A stretch of 64,000 bases of DNA, from IMG/VR virus record IMGVR_UViG_3300038425_000174; one strand, written 5' to 3'. The position numbers were made by a program, and so were the translations under genes. Below, piece after piece: positions 1 through 10,113 of this stretch. Under the pieces are notes generated by a model. The model ran no database searches and was not told the DNA's origin. It saw only the letters and a program-made list of their open reading frames with translations. How positions within the stretch are numbered: position 1 is the first letter of the stretch; every line of letters begins with the position of its first letter. The DNA is from a virus.

Positions 1-1
1 C

Positions 2-940
2 CTGCGGGCCGAAACGGGCTGTGCCAACGCCGATGCGACCGTGCTGTCAGATGGCTCGGTCGTCGTCCTCTTTGACGAGAGCGACAACGAAACCTACCAG
101 GTCATACGCTGCGTCCGCTCGACCGACGAAGGTAACACGTTCGGTTCGTTCGCGACGATCCCGACGAACTTCACGTACAAAGTCACCGAAGGCAATAACA
201 TGGGAGGCGCGGTCGGCGGTCCTGCGGTCGAGTTGTCAGCACCTGGTCATCTCGTCATGGGGCAGCAGGGCTGCAATGCAGGTCAGAGCACCACGTACCT
301 GTGGGCGGCGACGGCGACAAGCTCAAACTATGGAGTGACGTGGGCCACGGGTGTCCCAATCACCGAATATGACGGAATCCACTCATCGGAAGAGCCGTGC
401 ATCTCGTGGGTAAAGGAACCCGAAGGTCACAAGAAGCTACTGGTTGCCCTCCGCAACGATGTGGATCACGACTGCCGCATGGCGTCCAGCACCGACGAAG
501 GAGCGACGTGGAGTGAACCCCACGTGGTGGAGATGGCCTCCAGGAACAACGTCGGCAGGCCGGCACTCTTCCAGGGCAAAGACGGCGGGCTACTCCTCAT
601 GCAGCGCATCTGGGAAACCAACGGCTGGCCTGCCTTCCACTACAGCTCAGACTTCGGGGCTACGTGGTCCCCGAAAGTGGCGATCGACGAAGAAAATCTG
701 CCTCACGTCTATGGACAGTGGTGCGTGCTTCCCGACTCCGAAGAAAAGGCGTGCGCGGGTCTCGTGTACGCCATGCAGAACTCGGAAAGCGTCGCGAAGG
801 TCTACTTCCGTAAGTTCACGGCATCAGAAACCTACACGCCCGAAAGGGAACCCCTAACGGTTACGAAGCCAGGCGTCACAAGCCCACACGAGAAGCTGGG
901 CGTAACGAGCCCGGAACAGAGACGCAGGGGCGAAGCGTGA
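2..940 (+). CDS. Asp-box (BNR repeat) beta-propeller / sialidase-like protein, 5'-truncated by the window edge
   Basis: Frame is open from position 2. Four S-x-(D/N)-x-G-x-T-(W/F) Asp boxes (STDEGNTF, SSNYGVTW, STDEGATW, SSDFGATW). Confidence 0.8.
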   Translation: MRAETGCANADATVLSDGSVVVLFDESDNETYQVIRCVRSTDEGNTFGSFATIPTNFTYKVTEGNNMGGAVGGPAVELSAPGHLVMGQQGCNAGQSTTYLWAATATSSNYGVTWATGVPITEYDGIHSSEEPCISWVKEPEGHKKLLVALRNDVDHDCRMASSTDEGATWSEPHVVEMASRNNVGRPALFQGKDGGLLLMQRIWETNGWPAFHYSSDFGATWSPKVAIDEENLPHVYGQWCVLPDSEEKACAGLVYAMQNSESVAKVYFRKFTASETYTPEREPLTVTKPGVTSPHEKLGVTSPEQRRRGEA

Positions 941-959
941 GCCCCAACCCCGGAGGTGG

Positions 960-1916
960 ATGATGGCCGACTTTACCATCGACCAGGGGCAAACACTGCC
1001 CATTTTTGAAGACACACTGAGCTACTCCAACGGGAAACTCGCCGAACCCGAATCTGTCAAGTTCGTGATGCGGTCTCCCACTGGCACGGAACCGCTCAAC
1101 CTCAAAGGCACTGCGGCGGTTGTGACAAAAGCGGCAGGCACTGTGTCCTTCACGCCGAGCGCATCAGACACAGCGGTTCCGGGAAACTACCTCGCCAATT
1201 GGGAAGCGAAAATCGCCGGCAGTCCGATGACCTTTCCCACCGAAGGTGACTTGTGGGTACAGGTGCAGCCGAGTTTGACGGCCAGCGAAGCGATGATTGT
1301 CGGCCTGCCGGAAGTCAAGGACCACCTGTTCCTGCCGTCGACTGACCATACGCATGACGCGACCCTGGAGCGATTCATCAAGGGCGTCCGGCCGCTGATC
1401 GAAAACCTCACCGGGCCGATTCTCCCGACCACCTATGACGAATGGTATGAAGGCGGTCACTCGACGATCGCTTTACGCCACGTCCCGTCCTATGGCTATG
1501 GCGCCTCACCGATCTTCGTCTTGATGGCCGTCAGCGAGTACCGCGGGCCTATCGAGTACAACCTGAGCCTCGTTCCCACCCCGACGCAGGGGTCCGTCTA
1601 CTCGACGATGGGGCACGGGGAACTCGGAACGATCGTCCGCAGGACCGCTGGAGGGGGAACCTACGCGTTCTGGAGCGACCCGAGTCACCCGCAGCAGTCG
1701 GTACACGTGGTCTATCACGTCGGACAGGAACAGGTCCCGGAAAACGTGAACATGGCCGCGATCGAGACGATCCGCTGGTGGTTCGAGACGACCCAGGCCG
1801 TGGGCCGTGGCAGTTTGGCGGCGGCGGATAACGAAACGATGCGGCCGATGGTGGCACTCCCCTACCACGCCGAGGCGATGCTCGCTCCCACGAGACGCCC
1901 CCCCGTCTGCGCATGA
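960..1916 (+). CDS. Head-tail connector protein with an N-terminal BppU-like/Ig-like domain
   Basis: SD GGAGG upstream. C-terminal half LPEVKDHL...DATLERFIKGVRPLIENLTG resembles gp6/gp15 connectors. Lies upstream of the sheath. Confidence 0.65.
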   Translation: MMADFTIDQGQTLPIFEDTLSYSNGKLAEPESVKFVMRSPTGTEPLNLKGTAAVVTKAAGTVSFTPSASDTAVPGNYLANWEAKIAGSPMTFPTEGDLWVQVQPSLTASEAMIVGLPEVKDHLFLPSTDHTHDATLERFIKGVRPLIENLTGPILPTTYDEWYEGGHSTIALRHVPSYGYGASPIFVLMAVSEYRGPIEYNLSLVPTPTQGSVYSTMGHGELGTIVRRTAGGGTYAFWSDPSHPQQSVHVVYHVGQEQVPENVNMAAIETIRWWFETTQAVGRGSLAAADNETMRPMVALPYHAEAMLAPTRRPPVCA

Positions 1917-2551
1917 CCGTCGAACTGCTGAACCCGCTCAGGGCACCCTGGAACGTCGAGCAGGCCGTCCTCGCCACGCTCAAGGAATGGATGCCGGCGT
2001 ACCTGTACGCGGTGGAGGAACAGAACGGCCTACATCACAAGGCCCTGGGTCGCCCACCCGCTCCCGAGAGCTACAAAGGTGGGCTCGACTGGGAGACCGT
2101 GGAGCAGGAGTGGGTTCCTGCGGTAATCGTCAACGCCAACCCTGTAGGGGAACCCGAGCGTTCCGCCCAGATCTACATCCAGGACTGGCAAGTGCAGGTT
2201 GGATGCGTGGTCGTCTCCCGTGAAGGGACGGACCCGGAGTCCTCGGCGAGGAGAACCGCCGGTTTGTTCGCCGCCGCCACGATGCTTCTCGCTCACCACG
2301 GGGGTCTGGGTGGCTTTGCGGCCGAGGAGACGCTGCTGACCGGGGCGCCGAAAGTGGAGTTCTTCAACCCCGAACGCCGGGACGTTGCCGTCGGTGTCAC
2401 GGAATGGCATGTATTCACCGAACTACTGAAGCCGAACGGCGGTCCGACCGTGCTGAAAACGACGGAACCCGAAGGTCCGTATCCGGAATGGCCAGAATCG
2501 TCGAAGGACACGATCACCGTTGTCGGTGAACCTGTAATCACGCCGCTCTAA
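1913..2551 (+). CDS. Probable tail terminator / neck protein
   Basis: ATGA overlap with the connector; directly precedes the sheath; 212 aa. Confidence 0.5.
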   Translation: MTVELLNPLRAPWNVEQAVLATLKEWMPAYLYAVEEQNGLHHKALGRPPAPESYKGGLDWETVEQEWVPAVIVNANPVGEPERSAQIYIQDWQVQVGCVVVSREGTDPESSARRTAGLFAAATMLLAHHGGLGGFAAEETLLTGAPKVEFFNPERRDVAVGVTEWHVFTELLKPNGGPTVLKTTEPEGPYPEWPESSKDTITVVGEPVITPL

Positions 2552-2560
2552 GGAGGGCCT

Positions 2561-4063
2561 ATGCCCCTAGGAATCAAGGTCACGACCGGTGAGACCGCAG
2601 GTTCAGCCGGAACATCCACCGCCACTGGCAACGCGTTCTTCATCGGTGAAGCCGAATGGGGACCCTACACGCCGCTACTGGTCAAGAGTATGGCGGCGTT
2701 CAAGGAATCTTACGGGGAACGCTCGACCATCAACGGGAAACTGTACGACGCTGTGGAAACGTTCTTCCAGCTTGAAGGCGCCCAGTGCTACGTGGTGCGG
2801 CTGCAGGAAGCGGCAAAAAGCACTGTGAAGGCTCAGCCGACGGGCTATGAACTCTCGAACACCGCGGCCAAAAAAGTGATCAGCGTGGAAGCTCGCTATG
2901 CCGGCACCTACATCAACGAATGGACGCTGGAAGTCGTGAAGAAAGCCGCGGAATCCGCGAACATTATTTTGAAGAACGCGGCCGGGGAAGTCATCGAAGA
3001 AACCGGTTACCTTGCGTCGCCGGAAAAGCTGCCGTGGGGATCGCTGACCGAATTCAACACGAGCTGGCTGACATTCAAGCAGCTCGCAGGATACGCGGCA
3101 GAACCGACGGTTCAGCTCGAAACCTACGCCGCCAAAAAAATGAAATCCTCGCAGGCGGGTACGAATCCGACGATCGCGGAAGCGGACGCTGAAGCGGGGC
3201 CGGCGCTCTTCCCGAAGACACTTGGACCTGGCCAGCTGTGCTACCCGGGTACGTCCGGCGAACCCTCGAAAGAAAAAATCCATAAAGCGATGGGTGAATC
3301 CGCGCTGAAAACCAACCGGGTGGCGCTCTGTGACATCGCAGACTCGGCGACGGCTGCAACCCTCATCACCAACAAGAAAACCTATGCGAACAACATCGCT
3401 GGGTACATGGCCTTCTTCTCATCCTCTGCCATCATCCCGGGTATCACTCTCGGCACGACCCGCACAGTTGCGGCGTCTGCGGTTGCGGCGGGCTTGTGTG
3501 CGCAGGCGGCAAAGTCCGGGAACGACTCCGCGGCACCGGCTGGGGTGCAGTGGTCGGGAACCGGTCAGGGACTCTCCCCGTTTGTGACGGGATTCACCAA
3601 CACGTTCAGCAACGAAAACATGGTGACGCTCGCGGAAAACGGGATCAACCCCTTTGCGGAACGCCAGGGGAAACCGGTGCTGTACGACTTCGTGTCCGCC
3701 CTCCCGCGCTCCACGGACAAGATCTTCTGCCAGTTCTCGGCGTCACGTGAGCGGATGCACCTCGTGTGGGCTGGGGAAGAAATCGCGGAAGGCTACCTGT
3801 TCAAGACCATAGATGGCCGGGGTCAGCTGCTCGCGGCGTTCCAGGGGTCGCTGATGGCGATGCTGAAAACCCAATGGGAAGCCAAAGCGATCTTCGGAAT
3901 TACCGCGCCGGAAGCCGGCATTGTCAACGTCGGCGAACCCGTCAACACCCTCACGACCGAGAGTGAAGGCCAGCTGAACGCGGAAATCCGGGTGCGCCTA
4001 TCCCCCTATGTCGAATCAATGTCGCTCGTCGTCATCTCGGCACCCATCACGGAAAGCATCTAG
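2561..4063 (+). CDS. Contractile tail sheath protein
   Basis: 500 aa. N-terminal FFIGEAEWGP...VKSMAAFKESYG and C-terminal LAENGINPF...AEIRVRLSPYVE are typical sheath motifs. SD GGAGG. Confidence 0.9.
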   Translation: MPLGIKVTTGETAGSAGTSTATGNAFFIGEAEWGPYTPLLVKSMAAFKESYGERSTINGKLYDAVETFFQLEGAQCYVVRLQEAAKSTVKAQPTGYELSNTAAKKVISVEARYAGTYINEWTLEVVKKAAESANIILKNAAGEVIEETGYLASPEKLPWGSLTEFNTSWLTFKQLAGYAAEPTVQLETYAAKKMKSSQAGTNPTIAEADAEAGPALFPKTLGPGQLCYPGTSGEPSKEKIHKAMGESALKTNRVALCDIADSATAATLITNKKTYANNIAGYMAFFSSSAIIPGITLGTTRTVAASAVAAGLCAQAAKSGNDSAAPAGVQWSGTGQGLSPFVTGFTNTFSNENMVTLAENGINPFAERQGKPVLYDFVSALPRSTDKIFCQFSASRERMHLVWAGEEIAEGYLFKTIDGRGQLLAAFQGSLMAMLKTQWEAKAIFGITAPEAGIVNVGEPVNTLTTESEGQLNAEIRVRLSPYVESMSLVVISAPITESI

Positions 4064-4072
4064 GAGGGTTCG

Positions 4073-4498
4073 ATGCCATTTATTCGTTCAGACCAGGCCC
4101 TCATCAACGTGGAAATCGTGGGGGTGTTCGGGGACAAGGAACCGTGGAGTTCGCTGGACGGTTTCGACAACACACCCGAGAGCGCACAGGCGTTCCCCGG
4201 TGGGATGAAGCCCCTAGTGGAGCTTGGCGGATTTCCGAAGCCAACCCTCGGGACCCTCACGCGCCCCTGGGAAGCGGCCCTCATCGGACCATACAAGAAA
4301 ATGTGGAACGCAGCCGGGCAGGCAGAAGTCAAAGTGACCGTGCAGTATCTCAACGCGGAAAGGAAACCGATACCCGGCTCGGAACCGATCGTTTATTCAG
4401 GAATTCTCGGTACGCCAACTCGACCGGGATATAAAGCGGGCACCTCGGAAGAGGGGAAACTGCAGATCACGGTCATGCCACACGGCGAAATCGCGTAG
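4073..4498 (+). CDS. Tail tube protein
   Basis: 141 aa immediately after the sheath; SD; beta-rich sequence. Confidence 0.75.
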   Translation: MPFIRSDQALINVEIVGVFGDKEPWSSLDGFDNTPESAQAFPGGMKPLVELGGFPKPTLGTLTRPWEAALIGPYKKMWNAAGQAEVKVTVQYLNAERKPIPGSEPIVYSGILGTPTRPGYKAGTSEEGKLQITVMPHGEIA

Positions 4499-4522
4499 TA
4501 ACTAACAAACGGAGGAGACCAG

Positions 4523-4993
4523 ATGGCCGGTGCGATAACGGAGGGTGTGTTGCAGGCGGGTTCGCTGAGGGACCGTCTACGTGCCGCGAAAGCACAGCGC
4601 ACCGGGGTGGTGGAGCATCAGCTTCCCATCCCGGGGTACGGCGGCCAGCTGGTGGCGCGCTACCGGACGCTGGGGTGGCGTGAGCGCCGGCAGATCGGAC
4701 TGGCGGTGACCGGCCCGAACATCGCCGGCAAGGAACTCGACGCGGCAGCCGACATTCTTATCGCCTCCTGCACGGGCGTTGATGCGCATGTGGACGGCCA
4801 GGTGGTTCTGTTGGAGCAGAAGCTCGGGAAGGATCTCGCGGACTTTCTCGGGGAGGACGGTGCGGAGACCGATCGGCAGGGCGTGTTTCTGATCTTCCCG
4901 TCAGAGCTGGCGTTGATGACGCATGTCGAGCAGCTATCGGCTCTGCAGGTGAGTGAGGATGAGGCTGTGGATGGTGAGATCGCGGGAAACTGA
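4523..4993 (+). CDS. Tail assembly chaperone (gpG-like)
   Basis: Follows the tube gene; ends in G GGA AAC TGA. Confidence 0.8.
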   Translation: MAGAITEGVLQAGSLRDRLRAAKAQRTGVVEHQLPIPGYGGQLVARYRTLGWRERRQIGLAVTGPNIAGKELDAAADILIASCTGVDAHVDGQVVLLEQKLGKDLADFLGEDGAETDRQGVFLIFPSELALMTHVEQLSALQVSEDEAVDGEIAGN

Positions 4994-5160
4994 GAGGCGG
5001 CCGATTCGCGTACAGCGTCGAATTGGCCGCCTTTTGTGCGTTGAACGGCCTCGGAAGCATGATTCCGGCGATCTGGGATGGGGAGCCAGAGGACGTGCTG
5101 TGGGTGGAGGCGGTCGCTGATCGGGTGGAGCGCGCCCTGATAGAAAGAAGGGAACGGTGA
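4984..5160 (+). other. -1 programmed ribosomal frameshift (GGGAAAC at 4984-4990) and gpGT extension
   Basis: X XXY YYZ heptamer in register just before the stop. The -1 frame is open for 56 codons (LRGGRFAYSVELAAFCALNG...ERRER) to TGA at 5158-5160, filling the gap to the next gene. Confidence 0.85.
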
Positions 5161-5164
5161 GCGC

Positions 5165-5689
5165 ATGGCTGTCACGACCGAGCTTGGTAAGAGCGGGGTG
5201 GACACCAAGGAACTCCGCAAGCTCACCAAGGACTTCCGGGGCTGGAATCCCGACAAGCAACTGAAACGCGCCCTGCGGCTGGCTGGGGAGATGGTGGCTG
5301 AGGACGCGAAGGTGATCGTGAAGCAGCCGGTGCATTTCCACGGTAAAACTCAGCGGGGCTCCACGACCGTTCCGGACACGATCAAGGTACGGATCTCCAA
5401 AACCCGGTTGTCCGTAGTGGCCGGTGGTCCGGAGGTGCCGTTGGGCGGGTTGCTGGAGATGGGGAATCGCGGGAAGCAGAAATCGGCGGCAGCGTCAAAA
5501 CGTGGAGAATTTCGTCACCCCGTCTTCGAGAAATCCGGCCAGTCGGGTAACTGGAAGCAGGGTGTGGCGCAGTCGATGAACCCGTATCTACTGCCGGCGG
5601 CTGAACGGAATACAAAGAAAATCGAAGCGCTTGAGGGTGCAGCGGTGGCAAAGGCGTTCGAAGAATCTGACTTCAAGGTGTTGCGATGA
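5165..5689 (+). CDS. HK97 gp10-like tail completion protein
   Basis: ELRKLTKDF...LKRALRLAGEMVAEDAK and PYLLPAAERN are gp10-like patterns. Confidence 0.6.
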   Translation: MAVTTELGKSGVDTKELRKLTKDFRGWNPDKQLKRALRLAGEMVAEDAKVIVKQPVHFHGKTQRGSTTVPDTIKVRISKTRLSVVAGGPEVPLGGLLEMGNRGKQKSAAASKRGEFRHPVFEKSGQSGNWKQGVAQSMNPYLLPAAERNTKKIEALEGAAVAKAFEESDFKVLR

Positions 5690-7158
5690 CCGATAGCCGC
5701 CAAGTCAAGGTTACCCTAGTCATAGACAGCTCGGGGGCTGTCAAGACGATGAGGGACGCCGGCTCGGAGTCGTCGAAAACCGAATCAAAGTTCCAGCATC
5801 TGGACAAAGGCGTCAAAGAACTCGGTAAGAGCTTCGGCGGCCTGAAAAACATGATCGGCCTAGGGCTCGGTGCCCTGGGGTTTGGCGGCGTCGCGTACGG
5901 CATCAAAGACATCGTGTCGGGGATGCAGGAAGCCGTCGGGGAAACCGAGAAGTTTCACACTATCACCGGCATCGGCGCACAGGCGTCGCTGGGGTACACG
6001 GCCGCCCTGAAGGCAAGGGGGATCGGCGCGGAAGCAGGCGGCAAGGCTTTCAAGTTCCTGGCGAAAAACCTGCAGACAGCTGAACGTCAGTGGCACACCT
6101 ACGGTGTGGCACAGATGACAGCGGCGGAAAAAGGCAAAGTGACGACGGGCCTACTGGGAATACAGGCCAACGCGTTCAAAGAACTCAGGATCAACCTCAC
6201 GCAGTTCATGGGTCTGTCGGAACAGGGGAAGCTGGAAACGATCACCAAGGCGTTCGAAGGGATGGCGGACGGGGTTCGCAAGACCCGTCTGGAGACCCAG
6301 ATCTTCGGCCGCGGTGGCACGTCGCTTTCAACGGTGCTGCAGGGCGGGGCGTTGGGCCTGACGGCGATGACGAAGGCCGCCCAGGAATTCTTCCCGACGA
6401 TCAAACTGGGGAACTTGGAAGAACTGCAGGTACAGACGGCCCGCTCTAATCTGGCGTTTGAAGGGCTGAAGTTCACCTTGGGGATGCAGCTGGTGCCAGT
6501 GATCCTGGAAGTGGACAAGTGGTTTGTGAAGACGATCAAAGAATTGGAGCACGGACACGGCACCTGGGGGGTGCTGGAGCGTGATGTCGAAGGTGTCGTG
6601 AAGTTCAGCACGAAACTGTGGCAGGGCTTTGAAAAACTCGTTGGGCCGACGAAAGCCGTGGAGTCCGCCGTGGGTGGCCTGGTCGGGGTGATGGTCGTCA
6701 GCAAAGTCGCGAGTTTTGTGACGGCGCTGTCGGGGATGGGGCCGGCGCTTCTCGGGATCGCCCCGGAGCTTGCGCCGCTTGCACTCGCGCTCGCAGGGAT
6801 CTACGAGACCTACAAGCACATCAATGAAATCAACGAATTCCTGCACCCGACGGTTCACATCTGGAAGAACAGTAAAGGCGAATACGAACCGTTCCACGGA
6901 CAGAAACAGGGCAAACTGTCGATGGCGGCGCTGCAGGAAGAGGCCGCGCTGGGTGGCAGGCCGGGCGCGTCGACGATGGCTAAGGAAGTGGCGGCGGAAG
7001 CGGTCAACCAGATCGCGGCGCACCTCAAAGTGGACGTGCATCTCGACGGCAAGCACTTCGCGGAAGGCGTGGCGCGGAACCCGAAGGCCGCCCGTATCCT
7101 CGCCGAATCCTCAGCCCACTACACGTCGAAGATGGCCGCGAGGGGTGCTCACCCATGA
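5686..7158 (+). CDS. Tape measure protein (short, 490 aa)
   Basis: Ala/Gly-rich helical sequence; follows the chaperone; hydrophobic segments. Confidence 0.85.
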   Translation: MTDSRQVKVTLVIDSSGAVKTMRDAGSESSKTESKFQHLDKGVKELGKSFGGLKNMIGLGLGALGFGGVAYGIKDIVSGMQEAVGETEKFHTITGIGAQASLGYTAALKARGIGAEAGGKAFKFLAKNLQTAERQWHTYGVAQMTAAEKGKVTTGLLGIQANAFKELRINLTQFMGLSEQGKLETITKAFEGMADGVRKTRLETQIFGRGGTSLSTVLQGGALGLTAMTKAAQEFFPTIKLGNLEELQVQTARSNLAFEGLKFTLGMQLVPVILEVDKWFVKTIKELEHGHGTWGVLERDVEGVVKFSTKLWQGFEKLVGPTKAVESAVGGLVGVMVVSKVASFVTALSGMGPALLGIAPELAPLALALAGIYETYKHINEINEFLHPTVHIWKNSKGEYEPFHGQKQGKLSMAALQEEAALGGRPGASTMAKEVAAEAVNQIAAHLKVDVHLDGKHFAEGVARNPKAARILAESSAHYTSKMAARGAHP

Positions 7159-8012
7159 CCGGCCCGCTCCCGTCGCAGTACATCACGTTTCTCGGCACGC
7201 TCGCGGGGAAGAACAAGGGTGGCGAGATCCTCGAAGAATATACGGTGACGGTGCTGGCGGGTGAAGGTGCGCCGACCGTCACTGGCGGTTGGCCGGAATG
7301 GATGACGCTTCCGCGCGCCCTCAGGGTGGGGATGACGGTGCTGCAGGGGTATCCGCCGATCAAGCTGTCGATCCCGATCCGGTTCGAGGCGATCACCGAA
7401 GGCGCACGGCAGGCCCGGAACATCGAGCGGGAAATTCAGGAACTCGAATGGATGGGTGGACGCGGTAGGCCCAGCGGCGCTCAGTCGAAACCCGGCGGGA
7501 CGTTCCACGGCACTCCCGGTCATGACGCCCTCGGTGACAGCCCGGCGATCAAAATCAGGACGGCGAACGAAAGCAAGGAAATCCCGCTGGTGCCGGTGCA
7601 GTTCCAGAGCCTACTGTGGGTGATCGACGGGGAAGCCGGGGGAATCACGTTCGACGCGAACCCACTCAGGGATCGTGGTGGTGCGAGGTTGCGTCAGCTC
7701 GCCACGGTGTTCCTGAAACAGCTCGTGGCGGCCCCTGGCACGTCGGCCGACTCGGCTGCGGAACGCGCGGCGCTGAGAGCTGCGGGGAAAGGCAAGGGGA
7801 AGGTGTATACCACCAGCACGGCTCACGACACCGTGAAACTACTGTTGATCCATGTGATGGGCGGCAAGACGTTCGAAACAACCGAAGCGCTGAAGGAAAC
7901 CATCCAGATCAACAAAGGCAATCGGAAGATCGGCACCGACCCGAACAAGAAGCTCAAGCCGGGAACGCGGGTGCTGATCCCGCTGGACGCGATCCGCCAC
8001 GTCTATGGCTAA
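7155..8012 (+). CDS. Tail tube initiator / baseplate protein with C-terminal LysM-like domain
   Basis: Directly after the tape measure gene. C-terminal VYTT...DTVK...INK...NKKLKPGTRVLIP matches the LysM pattern. Confidence 0.65.
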   Translation: MTGPLPSQYITFLGTLAGKNKGGEILEEYTVTVLAGEGAPTVTGGWPEWMTLPRALRVGMTVLQGYPPIKLSIPIRFEAITEGARQARNIEREIQELEWMGGRGRPSGAQSKPGGTFHGTPGHDALGDSPAIKIRTANESKEIPLVPVQFQSLLWVIDGEAGGITFDANPLRDRGGARLRQLATVFLKQLVAAPGTSADSAAERAALRAAGKGKGKVYTTSTAHDTVKLLLIHVMGGKTFETTEALKETIQINKGNRKIGTDPNKKLKPGTRVLIPLDAIRHVYG

Positions 8013-10107
8013 CGCCCCGGATGTCGCCAAGGAGGCCGCGTTCCTCGCCGCCCAGATCGTCAAGGGCCGCAAAGGGCCTTCCGAACAGGAAGTCGCGGAA
8101 GCCGTCAGCGAGATCGAAATCGAGACCCAGACGAAGGGCTCCAGCTTTATCAAATTGCACATGGCTGATCCAGAGTGGTCGATCATCTCCAGCCCCTTGA
8201 TCGAACGCGACTCGGAAGGGATGCTGCCGGCGATCCAGATCGAATTCCCGCAGGGGTCGAAATGGGAATGGACACTTGCGGCGGCGGAACCGTCGAACGA
8301 GCTGTCGCAGCCGAACCTGGTGTTGACGTTCGAGGACAGCATCGTCCATAAGCTCCGGGAATACTGGGGGTCCAAGCGGTCAAAGCCGGGGATCAACACG
8401 AGAGCGGAGTTCATCCGGGAACTCTGCGTCGAAGCGGGCGTGAAATACGTGATCCCTTCGGTGGAAGGCGCGAGGGAGCGGGAAAACAAAATCCTCGACG
8501 CGTTGCGCGAGGAGCTGCAGGTCATCGAAGCGTTTGAGAACAGCCTGACCGCGGCGAAGGAAGCCGGCAAGACCGTCCTGACACCGGAAGGCGAAACGAC
8601 GGTGAAGGCGAACGCCGTGAAGGAATCGGGGATCACCGCCGCCTCGAAGGTGACGGTGAAGGGTGCGGCTGCGACCCCGAACCAGATCGAACTGATCAAC
8701 GAAGTGATGGGGATCGCGGCGCACCTGAAGATCTCCCAGCTGGCCTGCGAAGCGCTGGTCGTCTCGTGCATCGTGGAGTCGCGGTTTGGGGCCGAAAAAG
8801 GCGGGCTGCTGCAGTTCGAACCGGCGACCGCGAAAGGCGCGGGCGTCACGATAGGCAATGTCAGTGAGGAAGTGTCCTATACGATCCAGCACGGTGCGAC
8901 CGGCCGAGGCGGCTTCCAACAGCTCGCGAAGCTCCACCCGACGTATCCGGCCTACCGGATCGCCCAGGAAGAGCAGGGGTCCGGTGCGGGCGCACCGACG
9001 AACGGTGCGGCGAACTACGGTCCCTGGGTAGCTGAGGCCAGAACCATCATCGCCGCCTACGGTGGTGTCAAAGCCGTGGCGGGCGGTGCTGCGGCGAGCA
9101 AACAGCAGGAAGTGGCCAGGGGCACGACGGCCAATCCGGACGAGAACAGCTGGGATTGCATGGTGCGGCTGGCGGGGGATGTGAACTGGTCAGTATTCAC
9201 AAACGGGCGGTCTCTGTTCTACCTGAGCGGCCCGGAAATGCTCAAACAGCGTCCCGTCGCGTATGTGTACCCCAAGCCGTCGGAAAACAAGGTGGTGCGG
9301 GAAGATGGCCGTGGCCGGAAGGTCACGGAAACCGGAGTGATTCAGGTGCCGCTGAACGCGACATTCGACAATACGTCCCTTGAATACTTCGAAGATCATA
9401 AGGTGAAGGGGAAAGTCCAGAAACGCTCGCGGATCGGCCGCCCGCAGTCGCCGTCGGAGATCAAAGCCAACATCGTCTGCGAACCCGCAGTGTACCAAGG
9501 GGGACAGGTCGCGGAAGTGCTGGTAGCGGGGCCGTTGAACGGTCGGTGGATCATCACGGACGCCACCCGTGCCTACCTGAAAGATCGGTTCACTCAGCTG
9601 ATCATGGAGCCGCCTGGATTCCCATACGAAGAAACCGAAGAAGGGAAGGTTGCGGAACAGCCTACGGTGGGAGCTTCCCTGCAAGCCGTGTCGGAACAGG
9701 CTTCGAAGGCGTGGTCGGAACATGAAAAGTACAAGTACACAGAGGCGATTCCGGCCCGGGAAAACAACGGGACGTTGTTCGGACCGTCGCCGAGGTATAT
9801 GGACTGTTCGGCGTTCGCGGAGCTTTGCTACAAGGCCGCTGGTCTGAAAGATCCCTCTGGACAAAACTATCACCCGATCGGAAACACGGGGACGCTGATC
9901 GCGGGAATGCAGAAGATCGGGAGCGAAACCCCGGGATGTCTCGCCTTTTTCGGACCTAGCCCGACGAGCACGGAACACGTGGTGGTGTGTGTCGGGAATG
10001 GTGAAGCAGTCGGACTGGAGGACCCCGCGTTGAACATGCTGAAAGGCAAAACAAGGGAACTCGGCGCGTCCTGGCAACATTTCCTGGGGTTCTTCGAACC
10101 AAAGTAG
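8005..10107 (+). CDS. Baseplate hub / tail lysin with lysozyme-like and NlpC/P60 domains
   Basis: Central IVESRFG...GLLQF is transglycosylase-like. C-terminal YMDCSAF...TEHVVVCVGNG is the NlpC/P60 Cys-His pair. Confidence 0.8.
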   Translation: MANAPDVAKEAAFLAAQIVKGRKGPSEQEVAEAVSEIEIETQTKGSSFIKLHMADPEWSIISSPLIERDSEGMLPAIQIEFPQGSKWEWTLAAAEPSNELSQPNLVLTFEDSIVHKLREYWGSKRSKPGINTRAEFIRELCVEAGVKYVIPSVEGARERENKILDALREELQVIEAFENSLTAAKEAGKTVLTPEGETTVKANAVKESGITAASKVTVKGAAATPNQIELINEVMGIAAHLKISQLACEALVVSCIVESRFGAEKGGLLQFEPATAKGAGVTIGNVSEEVSYTIQHGATGRGGFQQLAKLHPTYPAYRIAQEEQGSGAGAPTNGAANYGPWVAEARTIIAAYGGVKAVAGGAAASKQQEVARGTTANPDENSWDCMVRLAGDVNWSVFTNGRSLFYLSGPEMLKQRPVAYVYPKPSENKVVREDGRGRKVTETGVIQVPLNATFDNTSLEYFEDHKVKGKVQKRSRIGRPQSPSEIKANIVCEPAVYQGGQVAEVLVAGPLNGRWIITDATRAYLKDRFTQLIMEPPGFPYEETEEGKVAEQPTVGASLQAVSEQASKAWSEHEKYKYTEAIPARENNGTLFGPSPRYMDCSAFAELCYKAAGLKDPSGQNYHPIGNTGTLIAGMQKIGSETPGCLAFFGPSPTSTEHVVVCVGNGEAVGLEDPALNMLKGKTRELGASWQHFLGFFEPK

Positions 10108-10113
10108 GTAGCA

